The notes beneath the pieces were generated by a model that did not search any database, was not told the origin of the DNA, and worked only from the letters and a program-made list of their open reading frames with translations. Below, in pieces: positions 1 through 8,248 of a DNA stretch of 64,000 bases. The translations under genes and the position numbers were made by a program. Each line of letters begins with the position of its first letter. Positions within the stretch are counted from its first letter, which is position 1. The stretch comes from Actinomycetota bacterium (lineage in GTDB: Bacteria > Actinomycetota > UBA4738): contig JBOGVA010000018.1 in NCBI GenBank assembly GCA_050692195.1, positions 19,479 through 83,478 of the forward strand. Reading direction: 5' to 3'.

Positions 1-341
1 ACACGAGGACCCGGTTCTTTGACGTGACCAACCTCGAGGCGCCTTTCATCTCGTTCATCTTCGACGGCCCCACCCCGGCCATCGACCACAACCTGTACTG
101 GCTCCGAGACCACGTGTTCCAGTCGAACTACCGGGCCGGCCTGCGCCTCCTCTTTCTCCCGACCGGGGGGGTGCACCGGGTACGGGAGCGGGGCTACTTC
201 GACGTCCACCCGGCGAACGACCTGCCGCAATTCAACGGGTCCTGGTCGAACTATCCCTTCCTCCCGAGCAGGAACATACTCGTGAGCAGCATCGAGGAGG
301 GCCTGTTCGTCCTGCAATTCTCGGGGCTCACTCCTCCCTGA
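1..341 (+). CDS. choice-of-anchor B / LVIVD-like beta-propeller protein, C-terminal fragment (5' end off-window)
   Basis: Frame 3 is open from the window edge (TRTRFFDVTNLEAP...) to TGA 339-341. The tail ...FNGSWSNYPFLPSRNILVSSIEEGLFVLQF resembles, from memory, the conserved C-terminus of choice-of-anchor B proteins. A strong hairpin follows. Confidence 0.5.
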   Translation, partial: TRTRFFDVTNLEAPFISFIFDGPTPAIDHNLYWLRDHVFQSNYRAGLRLLFLPTGGVHRVRERGYFDVHPANDLPQFNGSWSNYPFLPSRNILVSSIEEGLFVLQFSGLTPP

Positions 342-354
342 ACCGACCCGGAAA

Positions 355-383
355 GGGGGAGGCCCCGGATCGGGGCCTCCCCC
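355..383. terminator. Bidirectional intrinsic-terminator-like hairpin between convergent genes
   Basis: Perfect 12-bp stem GGGGGAGGCCCC (355-366) / GGGGCCTCCCCC (372-383) with a 5-nt loop. The minus-strand transcript would continue with TTTCC. Confidence 0.6.
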
Positions 384-402
384 TCGCTGCTCCGTGGATG
401 AC

Positions 403-1071
403 TCAGTGGGAGAAGTCGATCGCCACCCGTAGCGGGGCCTGCAGCACGTGCACCGTCCAGCAAGACTCTTGCTTCAGCCCGAAGGCCCAGGACAGGATTG
501 CCTCGTAGTCGCCTGTCTGCTCGGCCTCTTTGAGCGCCTCGAAGCCGGGTCGGAACTCCTTCGGCCCGTCGTAGGTGATCTCGACGTCCTCTCCCGAGAA
601 GTCCCAGCCGCTCGCCCCGCGGAACGCGATGCCCGCGAAGGACTCGCCGTCCACCTCGACCGGATCCCCCGACCCATCCTGCCTGATGGGTGGAGTGACG
701 GACTTGACCTCGTACAGCGGCAGTCCGAAGTACCGATCGTCGTTGGGCGGAGCGAACTCGAACGTCACTCGGTCGTAGCCGTCGTGGGTGCCCACACGGA
801 CGTCGACGAGACTGGCGACGTGGTTCTCACTTCCACCGCGCACCGTTTCGCACTGCACTTCCTTCCGGCCCGAGGCTGCGTCCTTCCCGCCTGCCTTCGA
901 GCGCGCCTTCGCCGGCGAGAGGGACGCCGACGTGCTCTGATCTGGCTGCGAGCTCGGGCTGTCGACCGCGGTCGAACCGTCGGACCGCCGGTCGATCGTG
1001 TTGGCCGCCCCCGTCCCGCAGGCGCTCAGCCCCAGTCCGGCCAGCACCACCAGGATCGCGAACCGCTTCAT
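403..1071 (-). CDS. AMIN-like domain lipoprotein (paralogue 1)
   Basis: 222-aa ORF with a lipobox signal peptide (MKRFAILVVLAGLGLSAC), a Ser/Pro-rich linker, then LVDVRVGTHDGYDRVTFEF...GDPVEVDGESFAGIAF, typical of actinobacterial AMIN-like (lipo)proteins. AGGAGG sits upstream of the ATG. Confidence 0.75.
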   Translation of the reverse strand: MKRFAILVVLAGLGLSACGTGAANTIDRRSDGSTAVDSPSSQPDQSTSASLSPAKARSKAGGKDAASGRKEVQCETVRGGSENHVASLVDVRVGTHDGYDRVTFEFAPPNDDRYFGLPLYEVKSVTPPIRQDGSGDPVEVDGESFAGIAFRGASGWDFSGEDVEITYDGPKEFRPGFEALKEAEQTGDYEAILSWAFGLKQESCWTVHVLQAPLRVAIDFSH

Positions 1072-1170
1072 GAGGACCTCCTTCCTCTATGGACGAGGAC
1101 AGGATCGGTCCCGGGCGTCACGACGCCTTCACGCGCGGGTAACGATTCGCCCACAGGGCGGGCTGGCCGG

Positions 1171-3165
1171 TTACAGGCGGATGGCCGGCTTCGAGAGGAA
1201 CTGCCAGACGCGAGTCCAGATCCTGGCCATGAAGGGCTTGGTGAAGCGGACTTCCAGGTCGCGGACCCTGCCGAGCTCGCCCCGCCACACGGCTCTGTTT
1301 CCTTCGACTCGCATTCCTGGGGCGGCCCACACGATGTCCATGCCCTCCGGGGTCCTGACCACCACGGTGGCGGTGGCGGGCGAGATCAGTGGTTGGCCCT
1401 GGAGTCGAAGCCGGTAGGTGCCGCCGGTTCGGTCCCCCGTCCAAGCGCCTTGCACGCCGGTGCGCAGGTCGATCTGCCGCTGCGCTTCGGGCATCACGTT
1501 GATGAAGTTGGCGAAGAGCCACAGCCCCTTCTCTCGGTACGCCCCCAGGACGAGCTGGCGCCCGTCCTCCGTGGCCGAGATGAGCCGGCAGCGGGATGTG
1601 CAGTAGAACGACGTCCACGAACGGCTCTCTCCCGGCGCCAGGCGCAGGTTGCTGTCCAGGGCAGCCTTCGACGGGCCCAACAGGTAGTTGGGCTCCTGGC
1701 CGGCTGGAGCGTCGTTGACGAGCCGCACGGTGGCATGGGCGGTCGCGGTCCCATCCGGGCCGAGGGAAACCTCGTAGCGCACGTCCTCCCGGAAGAAGAA
1801 GTCCACCTTGTTGGCGGCGGCGTTGCTGAGGACCACCCCGAAGAAGTCGCTGCCGGTCGAGCCGAACTCGCCGGCCACGCCCGCCGAGCGAAAGGCAGTC
1901 TGGAGATCAGGATCCGCGGCGTGGACGATGAGGTGCCCCTGCGCAGCCATCTCGATGAGCAGCCGAAGGGCTCCCTCGGGGTCCGACTGGGTGAGGAACC
2001 TCTCCCAGATGGCGTCCGCGATCAGCGCGGGTGCTCTGCTGAACGGATTGGAGATTCCGCTCTGGAGGTATCCCGCCGCCGCCACGTACTGGATCACGTT
2101 TCCCGCGTCCACGGTGAACCGGAGCGGCCCGATCCTGACGGGCCCGGTGGCACGGAGCATCTCTTCCAGGCCCCGGAGGTCAAAGAAGATCGTCCCGTCA
2201 AGGCGCTGCCCCTCCACCCGTTCGTACAGAGACTCGATGAGGCTCGCCGCGGTGGGGGCGTCCGGGGTCATGTTGATGTTCAGCCAGAAACCGCCTCCCC
2301 CGAACGTGTTGTAGAGGTCTGCGAACTCTCGGGAAGGCACCGGGACGCTGGAGGCGGGAAGGTTTCGAAGCGTCTGCGTGTCCCGGAACGGGCCGAGCGA
2401 GATCTGGCCGTCGTCGATCGTGAGGATGGAGTAGTTGCCGATCAGGCCGCCGGTGCCTCGAAGCTCGGACGAGTTCTGGATCGCCACGAAGTACCGTTTC
2501 GGCTCCTCGATCCCGGCGAAGCTGGGCAGCGAGCGGAGCAGGGCGTCGGCCGATCTCGCCAGCGGAACGGCCTTTTCGAGCTTCTCCCGGACCAGGTCTC
2601 TCGCCTCCGCGACCGGGCCGAGGACCCAGGAATCCGGCAGGCGATCGGCCGCTCGCTTCGCGGCGTCGACGGCAAGCCTGACGCGGTGCATGGCCGGCTG
2701 GAGGGCCCCCAGGGTGTCGACGGGGATCCTTCCCTCCTGGAGTCCGAGGGAGGCAAGGCCGTCGGGGAGGGCCGCCAGCTCCGCGGTCGCTTCCTCGCCC
2801 GCTGCGGAAACGAGCCGGCCGATCTCGGCCAGCGAGAGGAGAGCGTCGGGGGTGCGTCCGGCGAAGGGAAGGAGTCCCTCCAGGCGAAGCAGGATGGTGC
2901 CCCGATGGTCGACGGCCCGCTCGAAGGACGTACGGGAGTCGGAGAAGCCCGCCGCGGCCGCCTTCAGGTTTCCCTCCAGCAGCAGGACCTGGGCTCGCTC
3001 GAGCCCGGCTTTCCCTTCCTCGAAGTGCCGACGGATGGCAAACGCCGGGATCAGGGAGAGAGCCCCCAGCCCCAGCAATCCCACCAGCCCGGCGACCAGG
3101 ACGAAACGGATCCATCTCCGCGGGCGCGACGGGCGGCGCGGCCCCTCGAAGGCCTGACCTGCCAT
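1171..3165 (-). CDS. DUF4012 domain membrane-anchored protein
   Basis: Start taken at ATG 3165 (MAGQAFEG..., in frame with track ORF 1171..3795, whose first 210 aa overlap the sortase gene in another frame). It has an N-terminal TM helix (WIRFVLVAGLVGLLGLGALSLI) and the DUF4012-type core RYFVAIQNSSELRGTGGLIGNYSILTIDDGQI. Confidence 0.85.
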   Translation of the reverse strand: MAGQAFEGPRRPSRPRRWIRFVLVAGLVGLLGLGALSLIPAFAIRRHFEEGKAGLERAQVLLLEGNLKAAAAGFSDSRTSFERAVDHRGTILLRLEGLLPFAGRTPDALLSLAEIGRLVSAAGEEATAELAALPDGLASLGLQEGRIPVDTLGALQPAMHRVRLAVDAAKRAADRLPDSWVLGPVAEARDLVREKLEKAVPLARSADALLRSLPSFAGIEEPKRYFVAIQNSSELRGTGGLIGNYSILTIDDGQISLGPFRDTQTLRNLPASSVPVPSREFADLYNTFGGGGFWLNINMTPDAPTAASLIESLYERVEGQRLDGTIFFDLRGLEEMLRATGPVRIGPLRFTVDAGNVIQYVAAAGYLQSGISNPFSRAPALIADAIWERFLTQSDPEGALRLLIEMAAQGHLIVHAADPDLQTAFRSAGVAGEFGSTGSDFFGVVLSNAAANKVDFFFREDVRYEVSLGPDGTATAHATVRLVNDAPAGQEPNYLLGPSKAALDSNLRLAPGESRSWTSFYCTSRCRLISATEDGRQLVLGAYREKGLWLFANFINVMPEAQRQIDLRTGVQGAWTGDRTGGTYRLRLQGQPLISPATATVVVRTPEGMDIVWAAPGMRVEGNRAVWRGELGRVRDLEVRFTKPFMARIWTRVWQFLSKPAIRL

Positions 3166-3215
3166 CGCCTCCCGGACCGGCCGGTCGCCGTTCCGCGCGC
3201 GGAGCCGAGCTCCTT

Positions 3216-3917
3216 TCACCCTTCTGCGGCTAGCGCGGCGAAGACGATCAACCGACGAGAGGCGGTGAAGCGAGGAGTGCAGGTGGTGAGAACGAGCGTC
3301 GGCCTGTCCGTCTGTTCGAGGACCCAGCCGTCGGTGGGCAGCACCACCCTCAAGCGAGTGACGCGGTAGTCGAACCGTCCGAACTCCGTGACCACCCGGA
3401 TGAGGTCTCCCTTCCGAAGCTCGTCGAGGGACCAGAAAGGCTGCCCGTAGGTCGTGCGATGGCCTGCGATGGCCACCCTGCCGCTCTCCTCCCAGGGGTA
3501 CGCCGTGTCGGGGTAGTGGCCGGGCCCCTTCTTCAGGTTCTCGGTGTCGGACCCCTCCACCACGACCATGTCCAGGCCGATCCTCGGGATCCGAAGGATG
3601 GCCATGGGCTCCCCGAGGCTGAACGACACGGATACCGGGGCGGCCGGGTCTTCGGGGACGACGGACGGACGGGGGGTCTCGATCCTTTCGAGGATCTGCG
3701 CCTTGAGCTCTGTCTGGGCCCGGGAGGTGGTGATCCCGGTTCCCCACAGCAGCCAGGCCATGTATCCGCCGATACCGAGGGCAGCGACCAGGCAAAGCGT
3801 GCCCGCGATGCGAAGGATGAAGCCCGTGCGCTTTCGCTTGGCGAGGATCCGGGGGCTTACTTCCCCCAGCAGGATCTCGTTGCCAGTTCCTTGGGCAGTC
3901 TGGCTACTGGACGGCAC
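3216..3917 (-). CDS. srtE: class E sortase
   Basis: 233 aa with an N-terminal TM anchor (ILRIAGTLCLVAALGIGGYMAWLLW), AIAGHRTTYG (catalytic His region) and LVLTTCTP (TLxTC catalytic Cys). GTG start overlaps the upstream substrate gene by 14 nt. Confidence 0.9.
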   Translation of the reverse strand: MPSSSQTAQGTGNEILLGEVSPRILAKRKRTGFILRIAGTLCLVAALGIGGYMAWLLWGTGITTSRAQTELKAQILERIETPRPSVVPEDPAAPVSVSFSLGEPMAILRIPRIGLDMVVVEGSDTENLKKGPGHYPDTAYPWEESGRVAIAGHRTTYGQPFWSLDELRKGDLIRVVTEFGRFDYRVTRLRVVLPTDGWVLEQTDRPTLVLTTCTPRFTASRRLIVFAALAAEG

Positions 3918-4173
3918 CGGCCTTCCGGCGTCGACCGGCCACCAGCAGCAGCGCGCCCATGATCACCAGGGAGATCAGGATGATGACGCCGAGCGAGATG
4001 CTCGCTCCCGTGAACGCCACGTCCGGCCCACCGGGTGGGCTGGCCGGCGGCGTCGGCGAAGGTGGGTATTGGGCCAGGGCCTGAGTCGCGAGGAGCGAGA
4101 GCCAACCCAGGCTGAGACCGAGAACGACTCCCAACCGCTTCACGACACGTCCCCTTTCCTCCAGTTCCCCCAT
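3904..4173 (-). CDS. very small secreted Pro-rich protein with an LAxTG-like (VAFTG) sortase sorting signal
   Basis: The last 89 codons of track ORF 3904..4644 from ATG 4173 (alternative GTG 4143, preceded by GGAGGAAAGGGGA). Elements: signal peptide KRLGVVLGLSLGWLSLLATQALA, then QYPPSPTPPASPPGGPD, VAFTG, hydrophobic helix ASISLGVIILISLVIMGALLLVAG, and an RRRK tail. Confidence 0.65.
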   Translation of the reverse strand: MGELEERGRVVKRLGVVLGLSLGWLSLLATQALAQYPPSPTPPASPPGGPDVAFTGASISLGVIILISLVIMGALLLVAGRRRKAGAVQ

Positions 4174-4291
4174 TATTACCCTTTGTAGGCTAGTCCATAC
4201 ATGCTCGGAGCACCATAGGCATTTGGCCCTAGACCGGACGTTCATCGGCTGATCTCGGCCTCCCGCCCTAACCTTTGGGCGCCAAGGGATC

Positions 4292-4933
4292 TCAGGCCTG
4301 GGGGACTCTCCACTCGAGATCCACCACCCGGAACGACAGCGTCGCCGTCCTCTCGGCCACCCGGACCCCGGTGTATTCCAATCCGGGAAGGAACTTCGGC
4401 AGATCGATCGCCAGGGCCAGCGGCAGACCTTCCTCCGCCGGCTCGAGGACCAGCCTCCCTTCGGAGATGACGGGTCTCGTCTCGAACTCAGCCTGCGACG
4501 AGTCCAGCCTGATGAGGATCCGGTCGACGGCGAATCGAACCGACAGGGGTGTAGTCGCACGCAGAGCTCGATCCACGGCCGAGGCCGTGATCGTCGCGGA
4601 GCCGCCACCCTGCTCGGCCCGGATCGTGGATGGCCGGCCTCCAACGAGACGGCTGGGCGAGAAGCGAACCCCCCGCAGCCTCATGTCGATCGCGGCCAGG
4701 GGAACGCCGTCGAATTCCGCCTCCGTGGTGCTCACCGACATCGACGGGAACCGTCCCGAGGCCATCCGAGCGACGAAGGGGAACCCTCCCAACGAGACGT
4801 CGGGACGTTCGGCGAGATCGAGCGACCGCTGAAGCTGCCGGCTCACGAGGGACTGTGTCAGCAGGCGCACACCGACGTCGGCGCCCGCAAGCACGAGAGC
4901 GAGGATCGCCAGGACGGCAAGGGCGCGCCGCAC
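4292..4933 (-). CDS. DUF2993 (LmeA-like) domain protein
   Basis: 213 aa with an N-terminal signal/anchor (MRRALAVLAILALVLAGA). The pattern PDVSLGGFPFVARMASGRFPSMSV...LRGVRF is typical of DUF2993 envelope proteins. GTG start. Confidence 0.7.
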   Translation of the reverse strand: MRRALAVLAILALVLAGADVGVRLLTQSLVSRQLQRSLDLAERPDVSLGGFPFVARMASGRFPSMSVSTTEAEFDGVPLAAIDMRLRGVRFSPSRLVGGRPSTIRAEQGGGSATITASAVDRALRATTPLSVRFAVDRILIRLDSSQAEFETRPVISEGRLVLEPAEEGLPLALAIDLPKFLPGLEYTGVRVAERTATLSFRVVDLEWRVPQA

Positions 4934-4974
4934 TTCCCTAGCCTAATGGGACCGGGCTGTCGCCCGGCGCGGGG

Positions 4975-5484
4975 TCAGCGCGTCTTCTCCGGCGTCTTCG
5001 AGGCTTCGCGCGCCGGAGCCTTGTTGGGCGCGGGAGTTCCCGGCAGGTGCAGCAGGTTCTCGACCCCCCGCACTCCCGGGATATTCGCGGCCATGCTTGC
5101 GACCGCTTCAGCTTGCTCAGGCGGGAGCGCCCCCCGGAGCACCACGACGCCCTCCTCCACGTTCACGACGATCTGGCCCTTCGGGATGTCCGGGTTCCTG
5201 AAGATCTCGCTCTCCACCTTGTGGGCCAGAGTCGTATCGTCCAGCTCCTTGGTCTCCTTGCCCGAATGCGCAGCCCTCTGCCTCAGCCCATAGGCCTCCG
5301 ACCCCATCCGGCGACCCAGCCTTCCGAGTCGCCTTCCGACACGGCGGGTCAGTCCCATGAACTGGTCCCGAGTGCGAGCTCGACGAGCCCGCCCCCTGTC
5401 CGGATCGAAGAGGTACGCCAGCGCGGCGCCGAGCGCGCCGGCGAACACGATGGATCGCTTCTTCGTTCTGGTGGGTCTGGCCAT
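4975..5484 (-). CDS. BON domain-containing protein
   Basis: Start at ATG 5484 (AGGAGG 5 nt upstream), in frame with track ORF 4975..5625. It has an N-terminal helix (IVFAGALGAALAYLF) and a C-terminal BON-like block KVESEIFRNPDIPKGQIVVNVEEGVVVLRGALP...IPGVRGVENLL. Confidence 0.8.
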   Translation of the reverse strand: MARPTRTKKRSIVFAGALGAALAYLFDPDRGRARRARTRDQFMGLTRRVGRRLGRLGRRMGSEAYGLRQRAAHSGKETKELDDTTLAHKVESEIFRNPDIPKGQIVVNVEEGVVVLRGALPPEQAEAVASMAANIPGVRGVENLLHLPGTPAPNKAPAREASKTPEKTR

Positions 5485-5675
5485 GATGACCTCCTGATGC
5501 CTGTGACGCTTGGCGAATGTGAGTCCTTTGCCTCGTACCCGCCCGGACGAAGGGGCAAACGGCCCGAACCGTCGGTTGACGGCACGTGAGCAGGGAATGG
5601 ATGAGGCCAATCCTGACCTGTACATTCAGCAAGGGCCGATCGCGGCCTGGCGCCCATGATCAGGGAGGCAGATCG

Positions 5676-6215
5676 TTGAGCGAGCTATCCCATCTGAGGC
5701 GACAGAAGGACGAGGTCTTCGCCTCCAGCGCCCATTCACCGCTCACCGTGGAGCAGAAGATCGGCTTCCGGGGCCTCGACTACTTCCCCGAGAACCCCGG
5801 CTTGGTGATCGAGGTCGATCTGGACACGAGCGTGGACCCCGAGCAGGTGCTGCTCCCGACCTCGACCGGCGCGCTGCGCGCTTACCGCCGGGCGGGCCTG
5901 GTGCGGTTCGAGTTGGAGGGACACCCGGTTGAGCTGACCCTCTTCGCCGAGGAGTTGCAGGGCGATCTCTTCCTCCCGTTCCGGGACGCCACGTCGGGCG
6001 AGGAGTCCTACCCGGGCGGCCGGTACCTCGAGGTGGGAGCGCCCCGGGGCGGCCGCGTCGTGATCGACTTCAACCACGCCTACAACCCGTACTGCGCATA
6101 CGCCGAGGGGTGGAGCTGTCCACTGCCCCCGCCGGAGAACTGGGTGGACGTGCCGATCAGGGCGGGTGAGAAGAAGTTCGCCGGCGCGGTGCTCCGGCCC
6201 GCGGCGGAGGAGTGA
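5676..6215 (+). CDS. DUF1684 domain-containing protein
   Basis: TTG 5676 preceded by GGGAGG (7-nt spacer), in frame with track ORF 5586..6215. Hallmark motifs: LFLPFRDATSGEESYPGGRYLEV...IDFNHAYNPYCAYAEGWSCPLPPPENW...IRAGEKKF. Confidence 0.85.
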   Translation: MSELSHLRRQKDEVFASSAHSPLTVEQKIGFRGLDYFPENPGLVIEVDLDTSVDPEQVLLPTSTGALRAYRRAGLVRFELEGHPVELTLFAEELQGDLFLPFRDATSGEESYPGGRYLEVGAPRGGRVVIDFNHAYNPYCAYAEGWSCPLPPPENWVDVPIRAGEKKFAGAVLRPAAEE

Positions 6216-6249
6216 TGGGGATCGAGCCGCGTTTCGTAGAATCGCCTTC

Positions 6250-6336
6250 GGAGGGATGCCCGAGCGGACGAAGGGGCACGCCTGGAGAGCGTGTAGGCGG
6301 GTAACCGTCTCCGGGGTTCAAATCCCCGTCCCTCCG
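6250..6336 (+). tRNA. tRNA-Ser (anticodon GGA)
   Basis: GGAGGGA acceptor pairs with TCCCTCC plus discriminator G. Anticodon arm CACGC-CTGGAGA-GCGTG, a long variable arm, and T-arm CGGGG-TTCAAAT-CCCCG. No encoded CCA. Confidence 0.95.
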
Positions 6337-6408
6337 CTCCGACCATGGAACGCTCCGCCCCTTCAGCAATGCGCGAGGACGCGGCGGGGACGCGGCAAGG
6401 CAACAAAA

Positions 6409-6438
6409 GGGGGAGGCCCCGGAACTGGGGCCTCCTCC
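6409..6438. terminator. Hairpin terminator shared by tRNA-Ser (+) and lipoprotein paralogue 2 (-)
   Basis: GGGGGAGGCCCC (6409-6420), a 6-nt loop, then GGGGCCTCCTCC. The minus-strand transcript continues CTTTTGTTG (U-rich tail). Confidence 0.6.
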
Positions 6439-6457
6439 TCGCTGCTCCGTGGATGAC

Positions 6458-7117
6458 TCAGTGGGAGAAGTCGATGGCCACCCGGAGCGGGTCCTGCAGT
6501 ACGAGCACCGTCCAGCACGAGCCTTGCTTCAGCCCGAAGGCCCACGACAGGATGGCCTCGTAGTCGCCCGTCTGCTCGGCCTCCTTGAGCGCCTCGAAGC
6601 CGGGGCGGAACTCCTTCGGCCCGTCGTAGGTGATCTCGGCGTCCTCACCCGTGAAGTCCCAACCGCTCGCACCGCGGAACGCGATGCCGGCGAAGGACTC
6701 GCCGTCCACCTCGACCGGGTCGCCGGACCCATCCTGCCTGATGGGTGGAGTGACGGCCACGATCTCGTACCGTGGCAGTCCGAAGTACCGCCCGTCGCTG
6801 GGCGGGGCGAACTCGAACGTCACACGGTCATATCCCTCGTGGGTGCCCACCCGGACGTCGACGAGCTGGGCCACGTGGTTCTCGCTTCCGCCCCTCACCG
6901 CTTCGCACGGCTCCGAGCTGACGTCCTTCCCGCCTGCCTTCGAGCGTGCGTTCGCCGGCGAGGGCGACGCCGACGTGGTCTGATCGGCCTGCGAGCTCGG
7001 GCTGTCGACCGCGGCGGTCGAACCGTTGGACCGCCGGTCGATCGTGTTGGCCGCCCCGGTCCCGCAGGCGCTCAGCCCCAGTCCGGCCAGCACCACCAGG
7101 ATCGCGAACCGCTTCAT
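6458..7117 (-). CDS. AMIN-like domain lipoprotein (paralogue 2)
   Basis: 219 aa. The first 30 residues are identical to paralogue 1 and roughly nine in ten overall. The main difference is a short indel in the linker (GRKEVQC vs EPC). Confidence 0.75.
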   Translation of the reverse strand: MKRFAILVVLAGLGLSACGTGAANTIDRRSNGSTAAVDSPSSQADQTTSASPSPANARSKAGGKDVSSEPCEAVRGGSENHVAQLVDVRVGTHEGYDRVTFEFAPPSDGRYFGLPRYEIVAVTPPIRQDGSGDPVEVDGESFAGIAFRGASGWDFTGEDAEITYDGPKEFRPGFEALKEAEQTGDYEAILSWAFGLKQGSCWTVLVLQDPLRVAIDFSH

Positions 7118-7215
7118 GAGGACCTCCTTCCTCGATGGACGAGTACAGGATCGGTCCTGGGCGTCACGACGCCTTCACTCCGAGGTAACGGTCCGTCAAC
7201 AGCGCGCGGCTGGTT

Positions 7216-8235
7216 CTATCTCCGGTCGATGAGGTCCCAGGTCTCGCCGAAGATCAGGCCCTTCACGTGGTCGGACGCCAGGAAGCTATGGGGGAACCCG
7301 AGGCGGATGGCGCTTGCCCGGTCCAGCCTGTCCAGCTGCTCGGCGGTCAGCTCGAGCTCCAGGCTCCCCAGGTTCTCCTTGAGCTGTCCCTCCGTCCTCG
7401 CGCCGATGATCGGGATGAGGACCCCACGCTGTTGCCGGCGGACCCACGCGATGGCTAGCTGGGAAGGTGAGGAGCCGGCCTCGTTCGCCACGGAGGCCAC
7501 CTCACGAGCGAGGGCCAGCTCCCTGTCGTCCTGGGGCTCGTCTCCGTAGCGTCGTGGCTCCTCGGTCCGGGTGTCGTATTTGCCCGAGAGGACCCCTCCG
7601 CTGAGGACGCCCCAGGCCGTGACGGCCAGGTCGAACGCCTGAGCCATCGGGAGGAGGTCGCGCTCGGGGTCACGGTCGGCGACGCTGTACGGCAACTGGA
7701 TGGCCACGGGCCGGGCCCAACCCCTGAGGTCGGCCATCGTGGTGGCCTGGGCGACGACCCAGGCTGGAGTGTCCGAGATCCCGACGTACAGCACCTTCCC
7801 GGCCCGTACCAGCTCGTCGAACCCCCGCATGACCTCCTCCACCGGTGTCATGCCGTCCCACATGTGAAGCCAGAGCAGGTCGACGTAGTCGGTGCGCAGC
7901 CGGCGGAGGCTCCGCTCGAGGGACTGCACCATGTTCTTTCGGTGATTGCCTCCGGCGTTTGGGTCGTCCTTCCGTGAGGTCAGGGTGTATTTGGTGGCCA
8001 CGACGAAGTGCTCCCGGTCGGGGGCGACGAACTCGCCGACGTACTCCTCGCTGGTTCCCTCCGTGTAGTTGCTCGCGGTGTCGATGAAGTTTCCCCCGGC
8101 CTCGGCGAAGCGGTCGAAGATCCTGCTGCTCTCCTCCTTCGAGGCCCCCCACCCCCAGTCCTCACCGAAGGTCATCGTTCCGAGCGCCAGCTCGGAGACC
8201 CGAAGGCCGCTGTGCCCGAGCAGCTTGTATCTCAT
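7216..8235 (-). CDS. aldo/keto reductase
   Basis: Start ATG 8235 (MRYKLLGHSGLRVSELALGTMTFG), in frame with the track ORF. AKR motifs: IDTASNYTEG, DYVDLLWLHMWD, and GARTEGQLKENLG at the C-terminus. Confidence 0.9.
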   Translation of the reverse strand: MRYKLLGHSGLRVSELALGTMTFGEDWGWGASKEESSRIFDRFAEAGGNFIDTASNYTEGTSEEYVGEFVAPDREHFVVATKYTLTSRKDDPNAGGNHRKNMVQSLERSLRRLRTDYVDLLWLHMWDGMTPVEEVMRGFDELVRAGKVLYVGISDTPAWVVAQATTMADLRGWARPVAIQLPYSVADRDPERDLLPMAQAFDLAVTAWGVLSGGVLSGKYDTRTEEPRRYGDEPQDDRELALAREVASVANEAGSSPSQLAIAWVRRQQRGVLIPIIGARTEGQLKENLGSLELELTAEQLDRLDRASAIRLGFPHSFLASDHVKGLIFGETWDLIDRR

Positions 8236-8248
8236 CGCGTCGCTCCTC

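Larger units (their letters stand above)
352..1149. repeat. Copy A of a ~0.8-kb direct repeat (terminator hairpin, lipoprotein gene and its 5' leader)
   Basis: Aligns by eye almost base-for-base with 6406-7195. Shared stretches include AAAGGGGGAGGCCCCGGA, CTCGCTGCTCCGTGGATGACTCAGTGGGAGAAGTCGAT and CTTCATGAGGACCTCCTTCCTC..ATGGACGAG.ACAGGATCGGTCC.GGGCGTCACGACGCCTTCAC. Confidence 0.85.
6406..7195. repeat. Copy B of the ~0.8-kb direct repeat
   Basis: See copy A. Same orientation, about 5.3 kb away. Confidence 0.85.

Noticed and set aside
448-3369. 973-aa ORF on the plus strand.
   Set aside because: It runs antisense to the lipoprotein and DUF4012 genes. The sequence is Arg/Pro/Gly-rich and low-complexity with no motifs, which is a typical stop-codon-poor artefact of high-GC DNA. 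The opposite strand carries recognisable domains.
3166-3795. N-terminal 210-codon extension of the DUF4012 ORF (track ORF 1171..3795).
   Set aside because: The extension overlaps the sortase gene in another frame and is Arg/Pro-rich nonsense. A plausible ATG at 3165 precedes the TM helix.
6250-7195. Possible tRNA-Ser-associated genomic island.
   Set aside because: No integrase, excisionase or short tRNA-derived att repeat is visible. The only repeats are whole-gene duplicates, and the enclosed genes have host-like composition. It is kept only as a duplication finding.
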